Assembly (NCBI GenBank): GCA_949298065.1
Contig: CASFUZ010000005.1
Span: 2,139 to 66,138 of the forward strand
Length of the DNA: 64,000 bases
Direction: 5' to 3'
Source: an uncultured Pseudomonadota bacterium
GTDB lineage: Bacteria > Pseudomonadota > Alphaproteobacteria > RF32 > CAG-239
Part shown: one piece after another, positions 10,192 through 19,900 of the stretch
Layout of the letters: each line of letters begins with the position of its first letter
How positions within the stretch are numbered: the first letter of the stretch is position 1
Made by a program: the position numbers and the translations under genes
Notes under the pieces: generated by a model
Told to the model about the DNA's origin: nothing
The model's database searches: none
The model's input: the letters and a program-made list of their open reading frames with translations, nothing else

Positions 10192-10998
10192 ATGTCAAAA
10201 GGAACATTATTTGGTTTTATAGCAGCAATCTGCGTTGTACTTGGCTCCATCTTATCAGCCACGGATAGACCCTTGGCCTTTGTAGATGTCCCGAGTATGA
10301 TTATCGTTATCGGCGGTACATTTGTTGCTTTGTTTTTATCATATGAAACAAGCCTTGCCTTAAAAGCTATCAAACTGATGGGCAAAGCCTTTGGACGCCA
10401 TAAAGATTCTGAAATCTCACTCAAAGACGAAGTCGGTCAGATTGTGCGTTGGGCATACATCATTCAAAAAAACGGTTTACAAGGTCTTGAAAATGAGATT
10501 ACCGATGATGTCCGCACCAACAATCCGTTTTTGGCTTATGGAGCAGATTTGGTTGTAACCGGTTATACGGGAGCAGAGATTAAAACCATTATGGAACATA
10601 TGATGGAATCTCAAGCAGAGCGGGACCGCCGTGAAACGGATGCCTTGAAAAAAATGGGCGGCGACGCTCCTGCTTTTGGTATGTTGGGAACATTAATCGG
10701 CCTTATCATCATGTTGAGCAGCATGGGTGGAGACCTCTCTGCCATCGGTCCGAGTATGGCCGTTGCTTTGATAACCACCTTTTATGGTATCATTTTGGCT
10801 CGTTTAATCTTCATTCCTTTGGCTACAAAAATGAGTGCCCGTAATGATGTAACCATGTTCAAAAACAACCTGCAAATGGAAGGTTTGGTTTTGTTGGCCG
10901 AGCGCAAGAGCCCTCGTTACATTCAAGATAAGATTAACTCATTTGTCAGCTTAAACGAACAATTCTCCATTGATCGCGATATGAACTCGGGAAAGTAG
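10192..10998 (+). CDS. motA: flagellar stator A subunit (PomA/MotP-like)
   Basis: FVDVPSMIIVIGGT, APAFGMLGTLIGLI, IGPSMAVALITTFYG. Confidence 0.85.
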   Translation: MSKGTLFGFIAAICVVLGSILSATDRPLAFVDVPSMIIVIGGTFVALFLSYETSLALKAIKLMGKAFGRHKDSEISLKDEVGQIVRWAYIIQKNGLQGLENEITDDVRTNNPFLAYGADLVVTGYTGAEIKTIMEHMMESQAERDRRETDALKKMGGDAPAFGMLGTLIGLIIMLSSMGGDLSAIGPSMAVALITTFYGIILARLIFIPLATKMSARNDVTMFKNNLQMEGLVLLAERKSPRYIQDKINSFVSLNEQFSIDRDMNSGK

Positions 10999-11004
10999 GA
11001 TAAA

Positions 11005-11661
11005 ATGAAAAAGAAACCGGAAGAAAAAATTGATGAAGACTGGATGTCCACCTATGGCGACATGGTAACTTTGTTGCTATGTTTTTTTGTCATGATGCTT
11101 TCGGTTTCCAAACCGGATGTAGCTAAATACGAACAAATCTCAGCCGGTTTGAGTGAAGGCTTAGGCAAAAAAATCATTCAACGCCCTATAGAAATGCTAA
11201 TGACCGAGCTCAAAGATGACATTCAATCTTTGGATTTAGAAAAGAAAGTAGCCATCGGCAGCGATACTCAAGGTATTGTATTAGAGTTTGGGGGAGATTT
11301 GTTATTTAACCGAGGTTCTGCTGACATTAAGCCAGAAGCAACGCCCGCCCTCAAACGTATGGCGGCTACATTGCAATCAGAACGCTACAAAAACTTTGTC
11401 TTCAGTATTGAAGGTCATACGAGTGATGAAGTTGTAACAAGTGAAAAATATCCCTCCAACTGGGAACTTTCTTCAGCCAGAGCTTCCGCTGTTGCCCGTT
11501 TCTTAGAAGAAAGGGGTATTGACAGGGTCAGAATGCGCGCAACAGGTATGAATGATGTCAGCCCGAAATATCCGAACTTAGACCCCTTTGGCGAACCGAT
11601 ACCGGAAAACCGCATTCGCAATCGCCGTGTTGTTATTCATATAGAACCATCTTTTATGTAA
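11005..11661 (+). CDS. motB: flagellar stator B subunit (OmpA-like peptidoglycan-binding domain)
   Basis: WMSTYGDMVTLLLCFFV plug/TM segment, IEGHT, SNWELSSARA, NRRVVI. Confidence 0.88.
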   Translation: MKKKPEEKIDEDWMSTYGDMVTLLLCFFVMMLSVSKPDVAKYEQISAGLSEGLGKKIIQRPIEMLMTELKDDIQSLDLEKKVAIGSDTQGIVLEFGGDLLFNRGSADIKPEATPALKRMAATLQSERYKNFVFSIEGHTSDEVVTSEKYPSNWELSSARASAVARFLEERGIDRVRMRATGMNDVSPKYPNLDPFGEPIPENRIRNRRVVIHIEPSFM

Positions 11662-11667
11662 TTTAGG

Positions 11668-12252
11668 CTAGAATATTCCGCCAACGGCAAACCACCTGCC
11701 GTCTTCAAAAACCAAATGAAATGCGGCGCAGTTTGGGATAGCGTCATAAGCAACATTAAAATAATTTAAGAGTTGGCTCATTGTTCCGCCATGGATAGCC
11801 ACCCCCATAACATCATATTTTTCAGATGTTAACTTTTGGAGTTCGGCGAGCACTCGCTCACGCGCTGTTTTTTTGCTTTCTCCTTGCGGAAAAGATATAT
11901 CATCATATTCCGGGGCAAGGCTCGCCCAATGAGACAAAATTTCGGGATAACGATCAGCCAAATCTATTGTAAGCTGTCCTTCCGCCACGCCATAAAAACA
12001 TTCTTTAAGATTTTCGCGAACAATAACGGGAATTTGCAATGCTTGAGCAACAACATCGGCCGTGTGTTTTGCACGAATAAGCGGACTGGAGAAAATAGCC
12101 TCAAGTTTTTTATCTTGGAGTTTGAGCAAAAGTTGCTGAGCTTGAGCAACACCGGTTGGGGTCAGGTCATAATCCATACCGGAACCTTGCCAACGTCTTT
12201 GGCGATTAAGCTCGGTTTCACCATGTCTGAAAATATAAAAATCTTTCCGCAT
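11668..12252 (-). CDS. histidine phosphatase (phosphoglycerate mutase-like) family protein
   Basis: FRHGETELN, SSPLIRA, FPQGES, HGG; GGAGG RBS before ATG 12252. Confidence 0.88.
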   Translation of the reverse strand: MRKDFYIFRHGETELNRQRRWQGSGMDYDLTPTGVAQAQQLLLKLQDKKLEAIFSSPLIRAKHTADVVAQALQIPVIVRENLKECFYGVAEGQLTIDLADRYPEILSHWASLAPEYDDISFPQGESKKTARERVLAELQKLTSEKYDVMGVAIHGGTMSQLLNYFNVAYDAIPNCAAFHLVFEDGRWFAVGGIF

Positions 12253-12354
12253 AAAATACCTCCAAAGGTAGAGTATAAAGAAAAAAACACTAAAGAAAAG
12301 CAAAAAATCTATTGATTAATTTGAGAAGAGAATTATAGTAGCAGTGTTTCTGCC

Positions 12355-12428
12355 GCGGGTATAATTCAATGGTAGAATGAGAGCTTCCCAAGCTTTTAAT
12401 GCGGGTTCGATTCCCGTTACCCGCTCCA
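12355..12428 (+). tRNA. tRNA-Gly(CCC)
   Basis: GCGGGTATAATTCAATGGTAGAATGAGAGCTTCCCAAGCTTTTAATGCGGGTTCGATTCCCGTTACCCGCTCCA; anticodon loop TTCCCAA, T-loop TTCGATT, encoded CCA. Confidence 0.95.
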
Positions 12429-12728
12429 TTAAAAGACCACCCCCAAGAGGGGTGGTTTTTTAATGGAAAGATAAAGACTTGAATCGAACCCGAGAGGGCG
12501 TGAGCCGATAGAAAAGCTCCGGTGGAGCTTTTCGTTGCGAACGGTGCAGTTTTGTTAATTTGTGAGAAGCGACAGCGCAACGACGCAAATGTTACAAAAC
12601 AAACTCAAGATTCCCGTTACCCGCCTTTACTTTTGGCACAATCTCACCACCCCCAAGAGGGGTGGTTTTTTAATGGAAAGATAAAGACTTGAATCGAACC
12701 CGAGAGGGCGTGAGCCGATAGAAAAGCT
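12409..12728 (+). repeat. tRNA-Gly-linked repeat with duplicated tRNA 3' end
   Basis: 83-bp identical direct repeat 12436-12518 / 12646-12728; 16 nt of the tRNA 3' end (12409-12424) recur at 12609-12624; inverted T-arm copy gaatcgaacccg at 12481 and 12691. Confidence 0.9.
12425..12467 (+). terminator. tRNA-Gly terminator hairpin whose stem extends over the CCA
   Basis: tccattaaaagaccacccc-caaga-ggggtggttttttaatgga. Confidence 0.75.
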
Positions 12729-13336
12729 TATAAAAGCTGATGAATATCATATTCATCATACCCCTCATAATAATAGCTGACATCAATACCTTTCATAAAG
12801 ATTTCGCGCTCATTAATTTTATCTGTTAAGGCATTTTTCAAGAGGTGCTTTATTTCTATACTTTTTATCGGACTTCTTTCCATTGCTAAAAGATAGTCCT
12901 CCTTATCAATTTTATTCCAGTCCACAACCCTTTTGAGTTCTTTTTTGAATATTAAATCCAACCAGATTCTGGCAGCACGCCCATTTCCTTCTCTGAACGG
13001 ATGCGCAATATTCATCTCAACATATTTTTCAACGATTTCATCAAAAGTAGATTGCGGCATTTTATCAATATTCTTTAGAGATTGTTTCAAATACATAAGC
13101 GGGGCAAATCTGAAATTTCCCTTAGAAAGATTAACATCACGCAGTTTTCCGGCAAAATCATAAATATCTTCAAATAGATATTTATGAATCTGTTTCAGTC
13201 CAGCAAAAGTCCCAACCTTAATTTTATCAATTTTACCACTATCAAAAAGCTTCTTAGCTTTTTCCTTGCTAATTTTTTCTTCAAATCTGTTAAGCTCAAT
13301 CTGATTCGTGATATTTAATTTATTTTCTAAAACCAT
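12728..13336 (-). CDS. fic: Fic protein adenylyltransferase, class III (NmFic-like)
   Basis: [12 protein letters not shown] active-site loop and C-terminal inhibitory motif SYYYEG. Confidence 0.92.
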   Translation of the reverse strand: MVLENKLNITNQIELNRFEEKISKEKAKKLFDSGKIDKIKVGTFAGLKQIHKYLFEDIYDFAGKLRDVNLSKGNFRFAPLMYLKQSLKNIDKMPQSTFDEIVEKYVEMNIAHPFREGNGRAARIWLDLIFKKELKRVVDWNKIDKEDYLLAMERSPIKSIEIKHLLKNALTDKINEREIFMKGIDVSYYYEGYDEYDIHQLL

Positions 13337-13481
13337 TCACTGCCTCTTTTATACGATATATTTTAATTTAAACACAAAAAAGCTAAAAGGCAATTAAGTT
13401 TTAACTTTTGTCTTTCGATATTTTCGTTTATCTAAAAACACCCTTAATAAATTTTAAATATTTTTCTGCCTACATAAAGAT

Positions 13482-14222
13482 ATGCAAAATGAATATACAA
13501 ATAGCGAATACTGCAACCCCTTTGATAAAAAAACGCAGAATTTTTTTATGAAACTAGAACACTGCGGACGTTACTTATACGCTTATGATAATATCTTACC
13601 CACGGACACTATTGCTGATATTTCCTGTGCCACAGGATACGGTTCAAATTTTTTAGCTCAAAAAGCAAAGTCTGTTATCGGATGCGACATCAATAGCCAC
13701 TATATAAATAGTGCTAAAAAAAATTATGTAAAACAAAACCTCTCTTTTATAGAACTCAATCTTCAAGAAAATATAAACATCCTCAAAGATAAAATAAACA
13801 CTATCGTAAGTTTTGAGACTATAGAACATACAACAGCTCCTTTTGAGGTTATCAAAAAATTCTATAATATCTTGCCCCAAGGCGGAAAACTTTTTTTATC
13901 CTTTCCCAATGAAAAATATGAAATTTTTGATACATCAGGAAAGAATATGGACAAATATCATTTATCCATAATCAAATATGATAAAATGTTGACTTTTCTA
14001 CAAGATAGTGGCTTTACAATTAATAAAATCTTAGGCCAAAGCCTAATTAACAATATTATTTCACAAATCATTAAAATTGAAAAAGACTTAGCTTTCTCTT
14101 TTGACAACCTTTTTAACTACAGCCAAAACAATATTATAAATCAAAGCAGATTATTAGCTTATCCAAACGAAAAAAACATTGAACAAAGTTACTCGTTTAT
14201 ATTTAATTTAAGCAAAACCTAA
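13482..14222 (+). CDS. class I SAM-dependent methyltransferase
   Basis: EHCGRYLYA, DISCATGYGS (motif I), VSFETIEH, GGKLFLSFPN; very AT-rich. Confidence 0.82.
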   Translation: MQNEYTNSEYCNPFDKKTQNFFMKLEHCGRYLYAYDNILPTDTIADISCATGYGSNFLAQKAKSVIGCDINSHYINSAKKNYVKQNLSFIELNLQENINILKDKINTIVSFETIEHTTAPFEVIKKFYNILPQGGKLFLSFPNEKYEIFDTSGKNMDKYHLSIIKYDKMLTFLQDSGFTINKILGQSLINNIISQIIKIEKDLAFSFDNLFNYSQNNIINQSRLLAYPNEKNIEQSYSFIFNLSKT

Positions 14223-14224
14223 CC

Positions 14225-15046
14225 CTACCCCTCGCGGGTAAAAAGGTCTGATTGCTTAACATCTAAAACATTGGCGATTCTTTTGCCCGCCAAGTCATAA
14301 TATTGCGGATTAAGCTCTACCCCGACAAAACGTCGTTTAAGTTTCAGAGCCGCCACACCGGTCGTACCGCTTCCCATAAACGGGTCTAGAATCAAGTCAT
14401 TTTCATGGGTGGAAGCCGTAATAATCCGCTCCAACAAAGCCAAAGGCTTTTGGGTTGGGTGTTTGCCGAAAGTTTTTTCGCTCATCTGCGTTGTGGGAAT
14501 AGCCCAAACCGTGCGCATTTGTGTATGCGGTTTTTTAATAAAATCTTGCGGGAAATCACCGTTTTTCATCGCATCATAATTAAAATAATGCTTGGCTTTT
14601 TTATCTTTTCTGGCCCAAACCAAACTCTCGTGACTAGCCGTAAAATATTTGCAGGACAAATTCGGCGTTGCGTTAGGCTTAAACCAAGCCACGTTGTTCA
14701 AAACATGGTAACCCAGCAACAACATAGCATAACCGCAGGAAAAAATGCTGTGATAAGTACCCGATACCCACAAAGTCCCGTTAGGCTTCAATAGCTTTTT
14801 ACAAAGCGCCAACCATTGTTTATGAAACTCAAAATCTTCGGCAATTCCGCGGCTTTCATCCCAAGCCCCTTTGTCCAGCTTAACCAACTTGCCGTTATAA
14901 CAAGTTTTGCCGGTTTTAGAGAGCATATAAGGCGGGTCGGCAAAAATCATATCAAAAGTTTCTTCCGGAAACTGCTTAAGAACCTCAAAACAATCTCCGT
15001 TATAAAGCGCATAACTTTTATTATCTGCAATCGGCGACACTGACAA
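14225..15046 (-). CDS. beta-class N6-adenine/N4-cytosine DNA methyltransferase (DpnA/M2.DpnII-like), orphan
   Basis: DMIFADPPYMLS, DKGAWD, WVSGTYHSIFSCG, GKHPTQKPLALLERII, LDPFMGSGTT. Confidence 0.9.
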   Translation of the reverse strand: MSVSPIADNKSYALYNGDCFEVLKQFPEETFDMIFADPPYMLSKTGKTCYNGKLVKLDKGAWDESRGIAEDFEFHKQWLALCKKLLKPNGTLWVSGTYHSIFSCGYAMLLLGYHVLNNVAWFKPNATPNLSCKYFTASHESLVWARKDKKAKHYFNYDAMKNGDFPQDFIKKPHTQMRTVWAIPTTQMSEKTFGKHPTQKPLALLERIITASTHENDLILDPFMGSGTTGVAALKLKRRFVGVELNPQYYDLAGKRIANVLDVKQSDLFTREG

Positions 15047-15060
15047 TTCCCCTCGCCCGC

Positions 15061-15354
15061 TTATTGATTATAAGAATTGATGATGGCTGTGGCATTAATC
15101 ACCGATTGGCGATACAAACCGCTGTCCAACATATCCAAACTGCGAATGCAATAATTCGCCACCTGATTAGCGGCCAAGTCAACATCGCCGAATGTCTCCG
15201 GCAAAACCGCTTTTTGGCGTGCTTGTTCCAAAATGCAAGCATTAAGTTTGCCCTGCGGTGTCAGAGGAGTTTTATCTTCTTCGGGAAAAGGAGCCAAACT
15301 CGTGCAAGCGGAAAGTCCGCTCAAGACCGCCAACATCATCAGAATTTTTTTCAT
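15061..15354 (-). CDS. small lipoprotein
   Basis: MKKILMMLAVLSGLSAC lipobox. Confidence 0.7.
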   Translation of the reverse strand: MKKILMMLAVLSGLSACTSLAPFPEEDKTPLTPQGKLNACILEQARQKAVLPETFGDVDLAANQVANYCIRSLDMLDSGLYRQSVINATAIINSYNQ

Positions 15355-15444
15355 TATTTTATACTTTGCTAAAAATAGTCCTAACTTATGTTTTTTAATA
15401 TAAAACAAACCGCACAAACTGCAAGCCTTTTAGCTGCCTTATAC

Positions 15445-15482
15445 AAAAAAAGAGAGAAAACCTTAAAAGGCTTTCTCTCTTT
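15445..15482. terminator. intrinsic terminator (downstream of the 15501 ORF)
   Basis: aaaaaagagagaaaacc-ttaaaa-ggctttctctcttt. Confidence 0.6.
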
Positions 15483-15500
15483 CTTAATTATTTCATACTG

Positions 15501-16085
15501 CTAGAGCATACCCACTCCACACAAAAAAGCACCGATGAGCAACCCCAACAAGAAGAATGTCAGACAAAATATCCAAACCTTATAAAAAGGCTTGCATAAA
15601 TTGACCAAATCACCGTCCATCAGAGGCATTTTTTCTTTCATAGCCTCAAATAAAGAGTCCTTATCACAAGACTCAATATTTGCCTTACACCAAGCTCTGA
15701 CTTCCGGCTCTTCAATATGAAGGTCAGCATAGATTGCAATAAATGTAGACGGAGCGCCGCAGGCTTCCAAGACTTTGATTTCCCCTTGGAAATAAGCGGA
15801 ACTTTGATACATCTTAATCATCAAATCCTTGAGGTCGTCATGCCTCAGCAAGGACGGCATTTCTCTTGCAATCACCGCCAACGCCAAGAAGAAATCAATA
15901 TTTTCATCTAAGCACCGCTGAAACCCGTCTTTTGCCGTAAAGACCCGATATTCTCCTCCTGCAATCAATTCGGAGAACTCCGAAAACTCAGCCTCTAACT
16001 GAGTTAAGTTCTTTTCACATACGACACCAAAATCGCCCTTAGACAGCGCATTGGCCATCATCAGGACAGTTTCAAATTTCTTCAT
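15501..16085 (-). CDS. hypothetical protein with C-terminal TM helix
   Basis: 194 aa ORF with a hydrophobic C-terminus. Confidence 0.6.
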   Translation of the reverse strand: MKKFETVLMMANALSKGDFGVVCEKNLTQLEAEFSEFSELIAGGEYRVFTAKDGFQRCLDENIDFFLALAVIAREMPSLLRHDDLKDLMIKMYQSSAYFQGEIKVLEACGAPSTFIAIYADLHIEEPEVRAWCKANIESCDKDSLFEAMKEKMPLMDGDLVNLCKPFYKVWIFCLTFFLLGLLIGAFLCGVGML

Positions 16086-16105
16086 AAAAAAAAAATTATT
16101 AGTTA

Positions 16106-16660
16106 TTACTTGCGATGAATAAATCCACCGCGTTTCATCAACACAAACATTCTCAGTCCGATAATCTTGGCCGCAGGCTCGGATCTATCGTACCAATCGG
16201 CATAAACACAAATACCGTTGAACAACTGCGGATGCTGACCTTTGTATTTTGCACAAAGTTCCCGTGCTTGCTCCGGGGTTAAAATAGCCGCCACGGAAGC
16301 TATTGCTTCTTTGGGAAGACGATAATCTCCCGTGTTTGCCACCCACCAATTCCACAAAGCTATTCCACTCAACTCTTGCGGCGCAAGAGCTTTCCTTTGC
16401 GGCGCAGAAGTTGGTTCTGGCTTAGGCTCTGCTTTCTCTTCCGGTTTCAAAAAATCAGCTGCAGTTGTCGCATCAACCTCTTCTTGAGGTTCTTGCTCCA
16501 AGACAATTCTTTTCGCCTCTTGCAACTTTCTGATTTTTTCAACTTGCTCCGGATTCAATGCCTCACCTTCAAAAGGAGATTTGCGAGCTACAATTTTTTT
16601 AACACACCAGATTGCCAATACTGCCAGTACGACAATCAAAATAACTAAATCTAGATGCAT
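16106..16660 (-). CDS. hypothetical protein with N-terminal membrane anchor
   Basis: 184 aa ORF; N-terminal TM helix, Pro/Glu-rich linker. Confidence 0.6.
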   Translation of the reverse strand: MHLDLVILIVVLAVLAIWCVKKIVARKSPFEGEALNPEQVEKIRKLQEAKRIVLEQEPQEEVDATTAADFLKPEEKAEPKPEPTSAPQRKALAPQELSGIALWNWWVANTGDYRLPKEAIASVAAILTPEQARELCAKYKGQHPQLFNGICVYADWYDRSEPAAKIIGLRMFVLMKRGGFIHRK

Positions 16661-16961
16661 ATTATTTTATTTTTAAGTTAAACAATAATTTCTTATTCAT
16701 CCCACAATAATCATCACTTAAGCTCTTTTCATACCACAACGAAAGACTTTTGTCTAGACAAAAAATTAAACAAAAACCGTTCATTCAGAATTATCCCGAC
16801 AGACATCAATCTTGAGTCTTTTTTTTCTGGTATTTAAAAAAATAAAGTGCTATAAAACGCGTACAAGATTCTATTTAAAGTAACTCATGGCCGGAAGATA
16901 AGGCATAAAACCGTCTTAATCCGAGGGCCTTTTTTATGTTAACCATACAAGGATAAAATAT

Positions 16962-19900
16962 ATGTCTGACGTTAAGATGAAAATGATGGATGGTAACGAA
17001 GCAGCCGCTTCCGTTGCCCACCGCATGAATGAAGTCTGCGTAATTTACCCGATTACCCCGTCCTCACCGATGGGCGAATGGGCAGATGCGTGGTCTGCTG
17101 CAAAGCAAAAGAACATTTGGGGCGTTGTACCTGAGGTTCAGGAAATGCAGTCTGAAGCCGGTGCTGCCGGTGCTTGCCACGGTTCTATTCAGGCCGGTGC
17201 ATTGACCACCACCTTTACGGCTTCTCAAGGCTTGCTCTTGATGATTCCGAATATGTACAAGATTGCCGGTGAACTTTCTCCGTTTGTAATGCATGTTGCC
17301 GCTCGTTCTTTGGCTTACCATGCATTATCAATTTTCGGCGACCACACCGACGTAATGTCTTGCCGTCAGACCGGTTTTGCAATGTTGTGCTCTAACTCCG
17401 TTCAGGAAGCTCACGACTTTGCAGCCATTGCTCAAAGTTCTACTTTGCGTTCTCGCGTACCGTTCATGCACTTCTTTGACGGTTTCCGCACATCTCATGA
17501 AATCAAGAAGATTAAAGTTTTGTCTGATGACGACCTCCGCGCTATGTTGGAAGGTGTAAACTATCAGTTCAACGCTGAACACGCTCTTCGTCCGGAAGCT
17601 CCGGTCATCCGCGGTACAGCTCAAAACCCGGATGTCTTCTTCCAAGGTCGTGAAGCTTGCAACCCGTTCTATAACAAGGTTGAAGGCATTGTTCAGGAAG
17701 AAATGGACAAGTTTGCAAAAATCTCTGGCCGCAAATACAACGTTGTTGACTATGTTGGTGCCGCAGATGCTGAACAAGTTATCGTTATTATGGGTTCCGG
17801 TGCCGAGACGGTTGAAGAAACCATCAACTACCTCAACGCCAACGGCGGTAAATATGGTTTGGTTAAAGTTCGTTTGTATCGTCCTTTCCCGACCAAGTCT
17901 TTCTTAAAGGCTTTGCCGAAGTCTGTTAAAGTTGTTAATGTTTTGGACCGCACCAAAGAATCCGGTTCTATCGGTGAACCTTTGTACTTGGATGTTGTTG
18001 CAACCTTAACTCAAGCTTTCGCCAACAACGAAATCGCTTCTATGCCGCGCATTTACGGCGGTCGTTATGGCTTGTCTTCCAAAGAGTTCACACCGGGTAT
18101 GGTTAAAGCTGTTTATGACAACGGTGCTTCAGCCAAAGCCATCAACGGTTTCTCTGTCGGTATCACCGATGATGTAAGCAAGACCTCTTTGCCGTTTGAC
18201 GATTCTATTGACACCGAACCTAAAGACGTTGTTCGTGCCGTATTCTTCGGCTTGGGCGCAGACGGTACGGTTGGTGCCAACAAGAACTCCATTAAGATTA
18301 TTGCTGAAGATGCCGGCAAATATGGTCAGGGTTATTTCGTATATGACTCTCGTAAATCCGGCTCTATGACAACTTCTCACCTGCGTTTCTCAGATAACCC
18401 GATTAAGGCCGCTTATCTGATTAACAAAGCAGACTTCGTTGCCTGCCACCAGTTCCCGTTCATGAGCAAGGTTGACATCTTAAAGATTGCCAAACCCAGC
18501 GCAACTTTCTTGTTGAACGCACCTTACAAGGCAGAAGAAGTATGGGATCATCTCCCGATTGAAGTTCAGGAAGAAATCATTAACAAGAAGCTGAACTTCT
18601 ACACCATCAACGCTGTTGAAGTTGCTCGCGAAACAGGTATGGGTCAACGCATCAATACCGTAATGCAGACCTGCTTCTTCGCAATCTCCAACATTTTGCC
18701 GAAAGATGAAGCTATTGAGCAGATTAAGAACGCCATTAAGAAGACTTACAGCAAAAAAGGCGATGCCATTGTTCAAAAGAACTTCCAAGCTGTTGATGCT
18801 TCTTTGGCTCACTTGCACAAGGTTGAATATCCGTCAAGCGTTACTTCCAAATTCCATCGTCAGCTTCCGGTTCCGGCCGATGCTCCTGAATTTATAAGAA
18901 AAGTTACTGGCGAAATCATTGCTGACCGTGGTAACGAGCTTCCGGTTTCTGCTTTTGAAAAAGTTGTTGACGGTACATGGCCGACAGGTACAACTCAGTA
19001 CGAAAAACGCTGCATTGCAACCGAAATTCCGGTTTGGGATCCTGATACATGTATCCAATGCGGTAAATGCTCTTTGGTATGCCCGCACGGCGTAATCCGT
19101 ATGAAAGTTGCCGATGAAGCTGAGTTGAAAAATGCACCTCATGGCTTCAAGTCTGCGGCTTATAAAGGTAAGGAATTTGCCGGCAAACAGTTCATCTGGC
19201 AAATGTCTCCCGAAGACTGCACGGGTTGCGGTATCTGCGTAAGTGCTTGCCCGGCTAAGAACAAAGCTGACCCGACCAAGAAAGCCATCAATATGGATCA
19301 TATTGAGAACCACTTGGAAGAGCAAAAAGCTTGCTGGAAGTTCTTTGACACACTGCCTTATGTAAAACGTACCGAAGTTGCTAAGAACTTGCCGAAGACC
19401 ACTCAGATGATTCAACCTCTGTTTGAATTCTCCGGTGCATGCGCCGGCTGCGGTGAAACTCCGTACATCAAACTTTTGACTCAGTTGTTCGGTGACCGCA
19501 TGGTTGTTGCCAATGCAACCGGTTGTTCTTCAATTTACTCCGGCAACTTGCCGACCACACCTTACACCAAGGATGAAAAAGGTCATGGTCCGGCTTGGGC
19601 AAACTCTTTGTTTGAAGACAACGCAGAGTTTGGTCTGGGTATGAGATTCTCTATTGACCAACAAACCAAATTTGCCCGCACACTGTTGGAAGGCTTGAAG
19701 GACAAAGTTGGCGAATTGGCTGACAAGATTCTGAACAACCCGCAGTCAACAGATGTTGAGATTGACGAACAGCGCAACAACATAAAAGCTCTGCGCGACA
19801 AGCTCGCTTCAATCAATTCTGAAGAAGCAAAATCCTTGTCCAAATTGGCAGACTACCTGATTAAGAAGTCTGTATGGATTTTGGGCGGCGACGGCTGGGC

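Noticed and set aside
10192-11661. Zorya ZorA/ZorB or ExbB/TolQ system
   Set aside because: MotA lacks the long ZorA tail, no zorC/D/E genes are adjacent, and MotB has a canonical flagellar plug and OmpA-like domain.
12290-12580. 96-aa minus-strand ORF
   Set aside because: It is the antisense translation of tRNA-Gly and its trailer.
12609-12624. Prophage or island attachment site with an integrase
   Set aside because: The duplication is only 200 bp from the tRNA and no integrase is present; it is better treated as part of the repeat unit.
14225-15046. CcrM (suggested by nearby gcrA)
   Set aside because: It lacks DPPYNLQL and the C-terminal CcrM domain (only 273 aa); the motifs fit DpnA-like enzymes.
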